Part shown: one piece after another, positions 24,194-35,285 of the stretch
How the letters are laid out: each line of letters starts with the position of its first letter
How positions within the stretch are numbered: position 1 is the first letter of the stretch
Notes under the pieces: model-generated
The model's input: the letters and a program-made list of their open reading frames with translations, nothing else
Database searches by the model: none
Told to the model about the DNA's origin: nothing
Source of the DNA: Heptranchias perlo
Lineage: Eukaryota
DNA length: 64,000 bases
Assembly: GCF_035084215.1 (NCBI RefSeq)
Contig: NC_090364.1
Coordinates: forward strand, 1,736,001 to 1,800,000
Reading direction: 5' to 3'
Position numbers and translations under genes: made by a program

Positions 24194-27100
24194 GTAAAGT
24201 CACTCGCTGCACTTTTAAAAAATAATTTTTCTCCTTATTTCCAGCTGTTGTTGACTCTTGCAGTTTCACTGGGATCAGGTTCCATCTGAGGCCTCTCCCT
24301 AGTGTGTGGGACCCGGGCTCATTTACCCCCTTCCCTACCCCAGGGTCACTCATCCTAATTGTAACATCTGTACCACCGTGTTTGTTGAGATCAGCTAACT
24401 CAGCTCGAGTCTGGGAGCTACCTGATGTATGTTGCTTAGTGCCACCTGTAACACAGTGACCCCTGCCTGTAACACAGTGACCCCTGCCTGTAACACAGTG
24501 ACCCCTGCCTGTAACGCATTGACCCCTGCCTGTAACACAGTGACCCCTGCCTGTAACACAGTGACCCCTGCCTGTAACGCATTGACCCCTGCCTGTGACA
24601 CAGTGACCCCTGCCTGTAACACAGTGACCCCTGCCTGTAACACAGTGACCCCTGCCTGTAACACAGTGACCCCTGCCTGTGACACAGTGACCCTTGCCTG
24701 TAACACAGTGACCCCTGCCTGTAACACAGTGACCCCTGCCTGTAACACAGTGACCCCTGCCTGTAACACACCAATCCTATACAATCATATTTTTATCTGG
24801 GTTTAAATGTATTATAGAACGGTGCTACAGAATGTTAATATCATTTACTTGACTCTTTGCTCCTTCTCTGAAGCTGTTTCATGAGCATCGAACAAACTTT
24901 GGTCAATTTAAGGATTCCTTGGTTTCCCCCAGGAACTCTGGGCATCTCTCCCCCACCTCCCTCCCACCCCATGAATGTTCCTCTCCTGTCACTAACGTTG
25001 TCCTGTTCCAGATCCCGGCTCCTTCCATCTCAAGAAGTTTTCCAAAACCTCCGGCCTGGCCAAGAAATCCGCGGAAGAGATCAAGAAAATCTTTGACATT
25101 CTCGACAACGACAACAGCGGCTTCATCGAGAAGGACGAGCTCAAGTAGGAAACACTGCACTTCCCTCTAAACATTAACATGGAATAGGAACAGGCCAGGA
25201 CGGAGCAAAGCCCATCGTAGACAGTGAATGTAACAGGACAGGACGGAGCAAAGCCCATCGTAGACAGTGGGTGTAACAGGACAGGACGGAGCAAAGCCCA
25301 TCGTAGACAGTGGGTGTAACAGGACAGGACGGAGCAAAGCCCATCGTAGACAGTGGGTGTAACAGGACAGGACGGAGCAAAGCCCATCGTAGACAGTGGG
25401 TGTAACAGGACAGGATGGAGCAAAGCCCATCGTAGACAGTGAGTGTAACAGGACAGGACGGAGCAAAGCCCATCGTAGACAGTGGGTGTAACAGGACAGG
25501 ACGGAGCAAAGCCCATCGTAGACAGTGAGTGTAACAGGACAGGATGGAGCAAAGCCCATCGTAGACAGTGAATGTAACAGGACAGGATGGAGCAAAGCCC
25601 ATCGTAGACAGTGAGTGTAACAGGACAGGACGGAGCAAAGCCCATCGTAGACAGTGGGTGTAACAGGACAGGATGGAGCAAAGCCCATCGTAGACAGTGA
25701 ATGTAACAGGACAGGATGGAGCAAAGCCCATCGTAGACAGTGAGTGTAACAGGACAGGACGGAGCAAAGCCCATCGTAGACAGTGGGTGTAACAGGACAG
25801 GATGGAGCAAAGCCCATCGTAGACAGTGAGTGTAACAGGACAGGATGGAGCAAAGCCCATCGTAGACAGTGGGTGTAACAGGACAGGATGGAGCAAAGCC
25901 CATTGTAGACAGTGAGTGTAACAGGACAGGACGGAGCAAAGCCCATCGTAGACAGTGAGTGTAACAGGACAGGACGGAGCAAAGCCCATCGTAGACAGTG
26001 GGTGTAACAGGACAGGATGGAGCAAAGCCCATCGTAGACAGTGAGTGTAACAGGACAGGACGGAGCAAAGCCCATCGTAGACAGTGAGTGTAACAGGACA
26101 GGACGGAGCAAAGCCCATCGTAGACAGTGGGTGTAACAGGACAGGACGGAGCAAAGCCCATCGTAGACAGTGAGTGTAACAGGACAGGACGGAGCAAAGC
26201 CCATCGTAGACAGTGGGTGTAACAGGACAGGACGGAGCAAAGCCCATCGTAGACAGTGAGTGTAACAGGACAGGACGGAGCAAAGCCCATCGTAGACAGT
26301 GAGTGTAACAGGACAGGACGGAGCAAAGCCCATCGTAGACAGTGAGTGTAACAGGAGAGGGCAGAGTAAAGCCCATCGTAGACAGTGAATGTAACAGGAG
26401 AGGGCAGAGTAAGACCCATCGTAGACAGTGAGTGTAACAGGAGAGGGCAGAGTAAAGCCCATCGTAGACAGTGAGTGTAACAGGAGAGGGCAGAGTAAAG
26501 CCCATCGTAGACAGTGAGTGTAACAGGAGAGGGCAGAGTAAAGCCCATCGTAGACAGTGAGTGTAACAGGACAGGGGAGAGTAAGACCCATCGTAGACAG
26601 TGAGTGTAACAGGAGAGGGCAGAGTAAGACCCATCGTAGACAGTGGGTGTAACAGGACAGGACGGAGCAAAGCCCATCGTAGACAGTGAATGTAACAGGA
26701 GAGGGCAGAGTAAAGCCCATCGTAGACAGTGAATGTAACAGGAGAGGGCAGAGTAAGACCCATCGTAGACGGTGAATGTAACAGGAGAGGGCAGAGTAAA
26801 GCCCATCGTAGACAGTGGGTGTAACAGGACAGGACGGAGCAAAGCCCATCGTAGACAGTGAATGTAACAGGAGAGGGCAGAGTAAAGCCCATCGTAGACA
26901 GTGAATGTAACAGGACAGGGGAGAGTAAGAGCCATTGTAGACAGTGAGTGTAACAGGAGAGGGCAGAGTAAGACCCATCGTAGACAGTGAATGTAACAGG
27001 ACAGGGGAGAGTAAAACCCATCGTAGACAGTGAATGTAACAGGACAGGGGAGAGTAAGACCCATCGTAGACGGTGAATGTAACAGGACAGGGGAGAGTAA

Positions 27101-29605
27101 GACCCATCGTAGACGGTGAATGTAACAGGACAGGGGAGAGTAAAACCCATCGTAGACAGTGAATGTAACAGGACAGGGGAGAGTAAGACCCATCGTAGAC
27201 GGTGAATGTAACAGGACAGGGGAGAGTAAGACCCATCGTAGACGGTGAATGTAACAGGACAGGGGAGAGTAAGACCCATCGTAGACGGTGAATGTAACAG
27301 GACAGGTTAATTGGGGAATGAGTTATCAGGACTCGAGTGAGGCTCAGTTTTTCTTAAATTTATTGAGAAGCCGTTCTTCATGTGTGAGAAGAGACCGTAA
27401 CTGTCAGCAGGATATCCAACCACGAAGGTCATCACAGCCCAGGCTGATCCGATCCGCGCACATATAACACACACAAACACAACACACACATATACATGAC
27501 ACACAACATACATAACGCATACATAACACACACATATAACACACAGACACAACACACACATACATGACACACAACACACATACATAACACATACATAATA
27601 CACACATATAACACAGTCATACATAACACATACATAATACACACATATAACACAGTCATACATAACACATACACATGCCACACACAGGTGCTCTCCTCTC
27701 TCAGGGTTTTGATGATGGCCTCCTGTTTTATTAAAGGTTGTTCCTTCAGTATTTCTGCCCAGAAGCCCGGGCGTTGAGTGACTCGGAGACAGACAGTTTT
27801 GTGTCAGATGGAGATGTGGACGGTGACGGGAGGATTGATTTTTCTGGTATGTGTTTAAACATTTGTAAACCCTGCTCCTTGCTTCCTACCCACAGCTCTT
27901 CCCTGAATTACTGTGACTGTAAACTCAGGAGAATGGTTAATTATATACACGGAGAAATGGGAAAATTACTGTTTAAAAAGGCAATTGTATTTGAGAGTGT
28001 CACAATCTGCGTAATTTTCTGCTCTCCTGAAAGTACTGACTCTCCCTGGGGTTCAGTTCCATGGGCGCTGATTCTCACTGGGGTACGGGTCCCACAGACA
28101 CTGACTCTCCCTGGGGTTCAGTTCCACGGGCACTGACTCTCCCTGGGGTTCAGTTCCATGGGCGCTGATTCTCACTGGGGTACGGGTCCCATGGGCACTG
28201 ACTCTCACTGGGGTACGGGTTCCACAGACACTGACTCTCACTGGGGTACAGGTTCTACAGACACTGACTCTCACTGGGGTACGGGTTCCACAGACACTGA
28301 CTCGTACTGGGGTACAGGTTCCACGGGCACTGACTCTCACTGGGGTACGGGTCCCACAGACACCGACTCTCACTGGGATACGGGTTCCATGGGCATTGAC
28401 TCTCACTGGGGTACGGGTTCCATGGGCACTGACTCTCACTGGGGTACAGGTTCCACGGGCTCTGACTCTCACTGGGGTACAGGTTCCACGGGCACTGACT
28501 CTCCCTGGGGTACGGGTTCCACAGACACTGACTCTCACTGGGGTACGGGTTCCGCGGGCTCTGACTCTCGCTGGGGTACGGGTTCCACGGGCTCTGACTC
28601 TCACTGGGGTACGGGTTCCACAGACACTGACTCTCACTGGGGTACGGGTTCCACGGGCACTGACTCTCACTGGGGTACGGGTTCCACAGACACTGACTCT
28701 CACTGGGGTACGGGTTCCGCGGGCTCTGACTCTCGCTGGGGTACGGGTTCCACGGGCTCTGACTCTCACTGGGGTACGGGTTCCACAGACACTGACTCTC
28801 ACTGGGGTACGGGTTCCACAGACACTGACTCTCACTGGGGTACGGGTTCCACAGGCACTGACTCTCGCTGGGGTACGGGTTCCACGGGCTCTGACTCTCA
28901 CTGGGGTACGGGTTCCACGGGCACTGACTCTCACTGGGGTACGGGTTCCACAGACACTGACTCTCACTGGGGTACGGGTTCCACGGGCACTGACTCTTGC
29001 TGGGGTACGGGTTCCACGGGCTCTGACTCTCACTGGGGTACGGGTTCCACGGGCACTGACTCTCGCTGGGGTACGGGTTCCACGGGCTCTGACTCTCACT
29101 GGGGTACGGGTTCCACGGGCTCTGACTCTCGCTGGGGTACGGGTTCCACAGACACTGACTCTTGCTGGGGTACGGGTTCCACGAGCTCTGACTCTCACTG
29201 GGGTACGGGTTCCACGGGCACTGACTCTCACTGGGGTACGGGTTCGATGAAAACTGACCGCCCTCAAATGCCTCATTTAGTCAGACAACGCATTCTTCAT
29301 ATATAGTTTAGTGAGTGTCGCAGGATGTCTGTTGTAGGGGACAGAGTGAATCAGAGACTTGGTGTTGTCCCACAGGAGAAGCCAGGCCATGGTCCCACAG
29401 GGGTGAAGGCAAATTGGAGGGAGAGTTGCTGCCTGGACCACTCTCATGCATCTCCCTGCGGTCAGCGGGTGCCTCCCCTGTGCTTTTGTCTTTGGGCGTT
29501 GCCGTATTGGGGAGGGGAATGGGGGAGAAAATAATTTCAAAAAACTAAAAAGGTGAAAGCAACTGTACTGAAATTGCAGAATTCCAGAGTCTGATAACTA
29601 CATAG
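24133..29605 (+). CDS. PVALB: Parvalbumin-family EF-hand protein (oncomodulin/thymic CPV3-like), 109 aa; join(24133..24193,25012..25144,27737..27846,29580..29605)
   Basis: Assembled protein [109 protein letters not shown]. Coding exons of 61/133/110/26 nt follow the parvalbumin pattern. Two EF-hand loops. The symbol denotes the family; orthology is unresolved. Confidence 0.9.
24444..24770. repeat. 21-bp minisatellite (cctgtaacacagtgacccctg), ~15 copies
   Basis: Directly visible; intronic. Confidence 0.96.
25012..25144 (+). CDS. PVALB: Parvalbumin coding exon 2 (CD EF-hand [12 protein letters not shown])
   Basis: Acceptor tcctgttccag, donor AA|gtagga, 133 nt. Confidence 0.92.
25186..27305. 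repeat. 43-bp minisatellite, ~49 copies, parvalbumin intron
   Basis: Unit aacaggacaggacggagcaaagcccatcgtagacagtgagtgt, with variant blocks. Confidence 0.98.
27460..27686. repeat. (CA/TA)-rich microsatellite
   Basis: Directly visible. Confidence 0.9.
27737..27846 (+). CDS. PVALB: Parvalbumin coding exon 3 (EF loop [11 protein letters not shown])
   Basis: Acceptor ttttattaaag, donor G|gtatgt, 110 nt. Confidence 0.92.
28036..29245. repeat. 33-bp minisatellite (ctgactctcactggggtacgggttccacgggca), ~36 copies
   Basis: Directly visible; intronic. Confidence 0.97.
29580..29605 (+). CDS. PVALB: Parvalbumin last coding exon (EFQSLITT-stop)
   Basis: aaattgcag|AATTCCAG supplies the required EF-loop Glu12 and the EFQ motif. 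AATAAA follows at 29760-29765. Confidence 0.75.
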
Positions 29606-29759
29606 AGAATTCCACAGCAGACCAGATGGACACTCCCTCAACTGCAGCTCTGCAACATCCCTGGAATTTACCAGACCCATCGGTGAGATTCCTGTCTCTA
29701 TGAGACTTACTTGATCGTTAATCTCTTCACTTCAGACAGCGATTTATTTAATTAACAGC

Positions 29760-29765
29760 AATAAA
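29760..29765 (+). terminator. Putative parvalbumin polyadenylation signal
   Basis: AATAAA 155 nt after the stop, followed by a GT/T-rich tract. Confidence 0.55.
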
Positions 29766-30103
29766 AGTCTCTTCTTTAAACTACCGGCCGTGTTCATTTT
29801 GTCGCTGGGAATAATGAGTGAAAAGGGTGGGATGTTTAGGACCAGATGTTCCCGAGACTGCCAATCAGAATAAAGTTAAAATTGGGGCCCTGAGCTGTTT
29901 CCGAATTCCACTTACACTGATTACTGGAAAAAGCACTTAAATTTTAAGACCGAATCCTACGTAGTGTGTGGTTAACAGTGATGCTTATGTCCAATATCAT
30001 TGATATCAGTTCTAATCATGGACTGTCAGCAAAAAGAAATGAATGTTTAGGATACAATGCCAACCACACAAACGTACAGCAGAGCCCCAAAACTCAGGGC
30101 TTT

Positions 30104-30535
30104 CATAGAAACACAGGAACAGGAGGAGGCCATTCAGCCCCTCGAGCCTGTTCCGCCATTCAATTAAATCATGGCTGATATATATTGTAACTCCATTTTC
30201 CCGCCTTGGTTCCATAACCCTTAATCCCCTCACCCAACAAAAATCGATCAATCTCAGTTTTGAAAGCTCCAATTGGCCCCCAACCTCAACAGCTTTTTGG
30301 GGGAGAGAGTTCCAGATTTCCACTCCCCTTTGTGTGAAGAAGTGCTTCCTGACATCACCCCTGAACGGCCTGACTCTAATTTTAAGGTTATGCCCCCTTG
30401 TTCTGGACTCCCCCCACCGGAGGAAATGGTTTCTCTCTATTTATCCTATCAACTCCTTTAATCATCTTAAACACCTCAATTAGATCACCCCTTAATCTTC
30501 TACATTCGAGGGAATACTGGCCTAGTCTGTGTTAC
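30104..30535 (-). mobile_element. CR1-type LINE 3' end
   Basis: Reverse complement of 23550-23959. Confidence 0.85.
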
Positions 30536-30570
30536 CTTTTTTACATTCGCTCCATTGGAGGTCCAGTAGG

Positions 30571-30732
30571 AGAGTAAAATTGGCCATGGTATTCACTCTT
30601 GTTTGCCATCTAGCAACCATGAACACTAGAGCCCTGAAAGTCACCTGGTGAATCCCCTTGGACTTTCAGGACTCGAGAGTTCACGGTTGCTGGATGGCAA
30701 ATAAGAGTGAAGACCATGGCCAATTTTACTCT
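30571..30732. repeat. Long inverted repeat: 72-bp arms, 18-nt spacer
   Basis: 30571-30642 versus the reverse complement of 30661-30732 differ at about 7 positions, with no gaps. Confidence 0.92.
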
Positions 30733-31186
30733 TCGTATGCGAAGCTACTTGGGTCCAGGTGAGATCAGATCATTCAGCGTAGATCTGTCATTGAACTTAG
30801 GGCCGTCCTGCTCTGCGTAGCTCACTGGATAAACTCACTGAGCCATTGGGGAACTTCAATTATGTTTATTGTATTTAATAATGAAGGATAGAAAAAAGTA
30901 CAGAGATGCAATCAATAGATAGGATACAGTGGAATGTTTGATAATTATTCAGCCAGTACAATAATGACATTTTTGGTCCGTTGTTGCATTCAAAGACTTT
31001 TACACTGATATATAATCAGCAATGTGACTACACCAATCATCAACACCCAAGCTCTCTGCTCAGCAGGAGATCTAAACCAAGATGAACGACCAATGTAGAC
31101 CTTCCCCAGGCAAGTGTTAGATAGTGAAGGTCAGAGCTGGTCATATGGTTTGACCGGAGTCAGAAGATAGAGAGTTCAACAGCACG

Positions 31187-31306
31187 GTAGAATTTCCAAG
31201 GACTCCTCCTGATCTCTCACCCTAACTTTGGCCGTTTCTCCGTGGATTCTGCTGACCTTCCGTTGATGTTACAGCAGAAGCTCGGGAGAACCCCATGTGA
31301 AAATTC
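31187..31306. mobile_element. Degenerate palindromic MITE-like element, same family as 6178-6318
   Basis: Ends tagaatttcc...ctcctgat and tcgggagaaccccatgtgaaaattc. Confidence 0.45.
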
Positions 31307-32905
31307 CATGGGCATCTCTTTAGATCTGTTCACTTGGTGCCCTATTTAAGAAATATTTGTTTTAAAATGAATTAAATGCTAACTATTTAAAGAAATAATT
31401 AAATGCCTTTCCTATGCCCTAAGTAATCTATACTAGAAAAAAAGGCTTTTGTCCCTTTTGCGCAATTATTCACCAATATTAATCATGGGATTGTAGGAAT
31501 ATAGATATGTTTTTATATTACTTTAATACAGGACAGAACAGCTAATGTAGCAGAATTGGTTTAAACTGTGTGCTCGCAAATCCTGTCCTTTCCCCTCAAT
31601 GACACTGATAACACTGGAGGACATGGTAGTGTATCAGGACATCATAGGCACATATAGATTATTAAGCTAGTTGGCATTAATAATATAATATGGAGCTATA
31701 AAAAAGATAGGCTTTTAAAACATAGGCTTTTGATCACGGTGTGGGGGGGTGGGGGGAAGTGTAAAAGAAGGAAATTACTGTAGAGTTTGCAAGGGGCCGT
31801 GACATCAAAAGCTTGTACAACAAAGGCTGTGGTTTGGGAAGAGCGAGGGTAGGAAGTGACAGCACGGTGTGACAGGATCGGGGCCCCCAACTCTGTCCAG
31901 CAATCGGTTCAGTGATCGAAGGGTCATCAAACACTCAATGGTGTTGAATCCAGCAGGAACTAGACAATGAAAGAAAATAGTATGAAAAGAGATGCAACAT
32001 TTCACTCAGTAGGAACTTTCTGACTACCTTCAAGACCAGGTAACGTGAACAGACCTGGATAAGTGACGCTCACAATTTCCCGCTAGAAGTTCTCTACATG
32101 ACGATTTAGACGTAAGGCTAAATGTGTATTATTCTGTGTGAAGTATTAAGATGAATGTTTTGAAACAATAATGAATGAAGTGAATTGTCTTACATATTAC
32201 TGTCTCTAGTTTTACGAATTGGTCAAAAGAATAAGGAAGAAATTAGCCCAATAGTGATCAGTCCAATTGACAATGTTGGTCCCCAGGAGTCCAATTGGGC
32301 AATAGTGATCACATGACTTTCCATATGTTAGTGACACTTTCCAGCAATCCCATTGGCCAATATAATCATGTACACCCCAGCCCTCAAACAACACAATGGG
32401 AGACTGAAGAGGAAACAATTCTCCGCCATTAAACAGCACCCAATAGTAGGAATGAAAAGTTTCAAAATACAATTTTTAGCTGGTTTAAAATTAATAGCTA
32501 GGCAAGGAACAAAAACATTGAAATGTTGGAATGTTTCAAATAAGTGTTGGAGAATGGAACAATTTTGGGTACCCAGTGTTAGCATCAAGCACTCCCAGGT
32601 CAGATGTAGCACATTTAAGAATAAAGCTTGCTCCACTCTGCCTCAGGCCCAACCTCAAGACATCCCTAGTGTAACAGTGTGACAATATTCCATTTCCCAT
32701 ACCTGCCATCTAGTGTCAATCAATGCCAAATTAAGAGCAGTTTTGTGATAGGGCTGCAACTGTTACGAGATTTCTCAAACTTATTTTACATAGTGCGTTT
32801 ATTTACAGACAGATTGAGCCTTTCACCCCATTGCTCAGAGCTCGATTCCAACCCAAATGCCAGATGTCAGAAGCAGGTGCCTAATCCACTTTGTCACCCA
32901 GCCTG

Positions 32906-33100
32906 CTTCATGGGATATGGGCGTCGCTGGCAAGGCCAGCATTTATTGCCCATCCCTAATTGCCCTCGAGAAGGTGGTGGTGAGCCGCCTTCTTGAACTG
33001 CTGCAGTCCGTGTGATGAAGGTTCTCCCACAGTGCTGTTAGGTTGGGAGTTCCAGGGTTTTGACCCAGCGACGATGAAGGAATGGCGATATATTTCCAAG
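32906..33100 (-). mobile_element. Crack-like LINE 3' tail within the TRIM 3' UTR
   Basis: Near-identical to 2300-2494. Confidence 0.8.
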
Positions 33101-33158
33101 TATGTGCGGTGAGATGAGATGTATGTTCACCCTGGATTCTACCCCAGCAGCTATGATG

Positions 33159-35138
33159 TTAATACAGAGTCAACTTGTACACATGAACAAACCCGTTGCC
33201 CATGGTTACAATTAGATTGTCCTCTTCATCTACTGTAATGACACGTGGTTTGTGTAGCCCATCCTCTGCGTTCAACAATTCCTTCCTAAATATTCCTTCT
33301 GGTGAAAATAAGAGGATCCTACAGGGCTCAGTGACATAAATATTGTTACTTCGATCCACGCAGACACTGTAGGGGTTGAGGGGACACTGCATTCCATTCA
33401 CATTGATCTCGTCACAGATACTGATGATTTGCCCACTCCTACAGAAGATAACAATACATTTCTTCCCACAATCAGATACGATGAAATCTTCATCACTGTT
33501 GATTGCAATGAAGAGAAATCTGATCCCCTCATAACCGTACGGTTTAACTCTGCCAACCACATGCCCATCAAGATCATAAAGAGAGACAGAACATAAAGTT
33601 CCTTCACTGACGGCCACATATTCACCTTCATAAGCAGCAAGGGGGTATGTTGATTCTGAACCTCGGAGGAAAAGCTTTTTCACAAATGCACCATCCATGT
33701 CCAGTAGATAAAGCTTGTTCTTGACAGAGCAGGCAATGATATCATCACATACAGCAACACTGCATGGGTCGTCATCTTCATCTGGCAGTGAGATAGTCGT
33801 CCTGAACAATCCACCGTCTGTGAAGCATTTTAGAACTGAATTCTGTTCATCTACAACGATGATATCTCCATTTTCTGAAGTGCTGATGCCAGTCAATTTT
33901 GGATCATAGTCGTCAAATTCAAGATCCGTGTTAAAGGAATACAGACTAACTGCCCTTTGTTGGGGTTGTGCCATTGGAATGTTTGCTTGAAGAGTTTGCG
34001 ATGGACATTTGCACTTCCCAGTATTAGAAGGAGTCGGCTGGGATTCAGGGACAGGTTTGTCACCAAATGTGATACTGAAAAGATTACCTTGTGCTATCAG
34101 GTCTTCCATTGCTTTGTTGACAGTCAGGTTGGGACCAGCTTTGTTTATGGCCGGGCTGCTCAGTGCTTGCAATGTGCCAATTTGATCCTCTATAATGCTC
34201 TGCAAACACATTATTTCCCTCTGTTTACCAGCCGTTATGACCCTCTCAGAGAATTCTCTGGTGCCTTGTGCCTTTTTCTTCTGAAGCTGAAGATCAAACT
34301 TAGCAGCCTTGTATAACTCTTCCTGTTCACTGACATAATCTGAGACATTCTTTTTGATGGTATCCCCCTGTTTAAACAAATTGTTTACAACCTCTGTCAG
34401 AGTCTTCTCTATACTGGACATCATGGAGCGTTCTGTAGCTTTCACTCTGTCCATCGCTTCATTCAGGTCATCTTCTCGTTGGACCAATGACTGAATATCG
34501 GTCCTGAGTCTTTCAATCAGCTTCTTCACTGCAGGTTTCTTGGTCTCTGCTGCTAAGTTCATTGCAACTACTTTATGATTAGTACAAGACTGTGAGGAAC
34601 AACTGAAGCAGATTACAGAACTGCAGGTGTTACAGAAATAACTGACTGGGTTCTTGGGGTGAGCCCGGCAGAAGAGTTTCTTCTGCATCCTCATCTCAGC
34701 GTCACATTCACCTGTGTTGGAACTCGACAGATCGACCATCTTGTGGGTTGGGTGAGCAGACCGATGACTGTCCCTACAGGACTGGCACATGTAATTGGAG
34801 CAACCTAGACACTCGGCCATTGCAGAATTCTTGCATTTCCTTCCTCGTGGGCAAAGAGTGCAAGTCACATCTTCCTTCTCCTTGCTTTGGAAGATATCCA
34901 GAAGGCCATTGATATGGAAGTTGGTCATCAGTTTGCTGATCCCATCACTCACATCTACTTCAACCCTGCATTCTGGGCACCGGATCTTCCTGTCACCTCT
35001 TGCCAGCCTCTCCAGGCAGTCCTGGCAGTATGTGTGGAGGCATGGCAACATTTTAGGATGTTTAAACATATTAAGGCATATTTTACAATTTAAAAAATCA
35101 TTTTGGATTTTATCCGTAATCTTCGATGAGGTGGCCAT
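33159..35138 (-). CDS. TRIM56: TRIM56-like E3 ubiquitin ligase (RING, two B-boxes, coiled coil, NHL-like repeats), 659 aa, single coding exon
   Basis: RING FLNCKICLNMFKHPKMLPCLHTYCQDCLERLA...IRCPECR...TNFHINGLLD closely resembles the TRIM56 N-terminus. No filamin domain is visible. C-terminal NHL-like blades (PYSVCVDRSNNIYV, PRVITVDEEDNLIV). Kozak caccATGG at 35138, after acceptor ttctgttccag (exon starts 35152). Orthology is unproven. Confidence 0.85.
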   Translation of the reverse strand: MATSSKITDKIQNDFLNCKICLNMFKHPKMLPCLHTYCQDCLERLARGDRKIRCPECRVEVDVSDGISKLMTNFHINGLLDIFQSKEKEDVTCTLCPRGRKCKNSAMAECLGCSNYMCQSCRDSHRSAHPTHKMVDLSSSNTGECDAEMRMQKKLFCRAHPKNPVSYFCNTCSSVICFSCSSQSCTNHKVVAMNLAAETKKPAVKKLIERLRTDIQSLVQREDDLNEAMDRVKATERSMMSSIEKTLTEVVNNLFKQGDTIKKNVSDYVSEQEELYKAAKFDLQLQKKKAQGTREFSERVITAGKQREIMCLQSIIEDQIGTLQALSSPAINKAGPNLTVNKAMEDLIAQGNLFSITFGDKPVPESQPTPSNTGKCKCPSQTLQANIPMAQPQQRAVSLYSFNTDLEFDDYDPKLTGISTSENGDIIVVDEQNSVLKCFTDGGLFRTTISLPDEDDDPCSVAVCDDIIACSVKNKLYLLDMDGAFVKKLFLRGSESTYPLAAYEGEYVAVSEGTLCSVSLYDLDGHVVGRVKPYGYEGIRFLFIAINSDEDFIVSDCGKKCIVIFCRSGQIISICDEINVNGMQCPLNPYSVCVDRSNNIYVTEPCRILLFSPEGIFRKELLNAEDGLHKPRVITVDEEDNLIVTMGNGFVHVYKLTLY

Positions 35139-35285
35139 GGTGCTGACACAACCTGGAACAGAACAGAACCAGTCCACGTTATAAAAGTTCAGAGATAGCT
35201 TAGACATTCAGACAATAATTTAGAAGCCGGTGGTTGTGATTATAAATGAGTGCAGACAATCTGGCCTTGGAACTTGCCAAGTGCT

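Noticed and set aside
24992-27279. Three overlapping ~700-aa minus-strand ORFs
   Set aside because: They are translations of a 43-bp tandem array. The unit lacks minus-strand stops and 43 is not divisible by 3, so all frames give the same cyclic peptide. The array lies in a parvalbumin intron.
6689-29245. CRISPR-like regularly spaced repeats
   Set aside because: The arrays are head-to-tail with no unique spacers and no cas genes, and the DNA is vertebrate.
28053-29306. Gly/Ser/Thr-rich repeat ORF ([11 protein letters not shown])n, superficially like ice-binding or structural repeats
   Set aside because: 33-bp intronic minisatellite, open on both strands, with no signal peptide or splice context.
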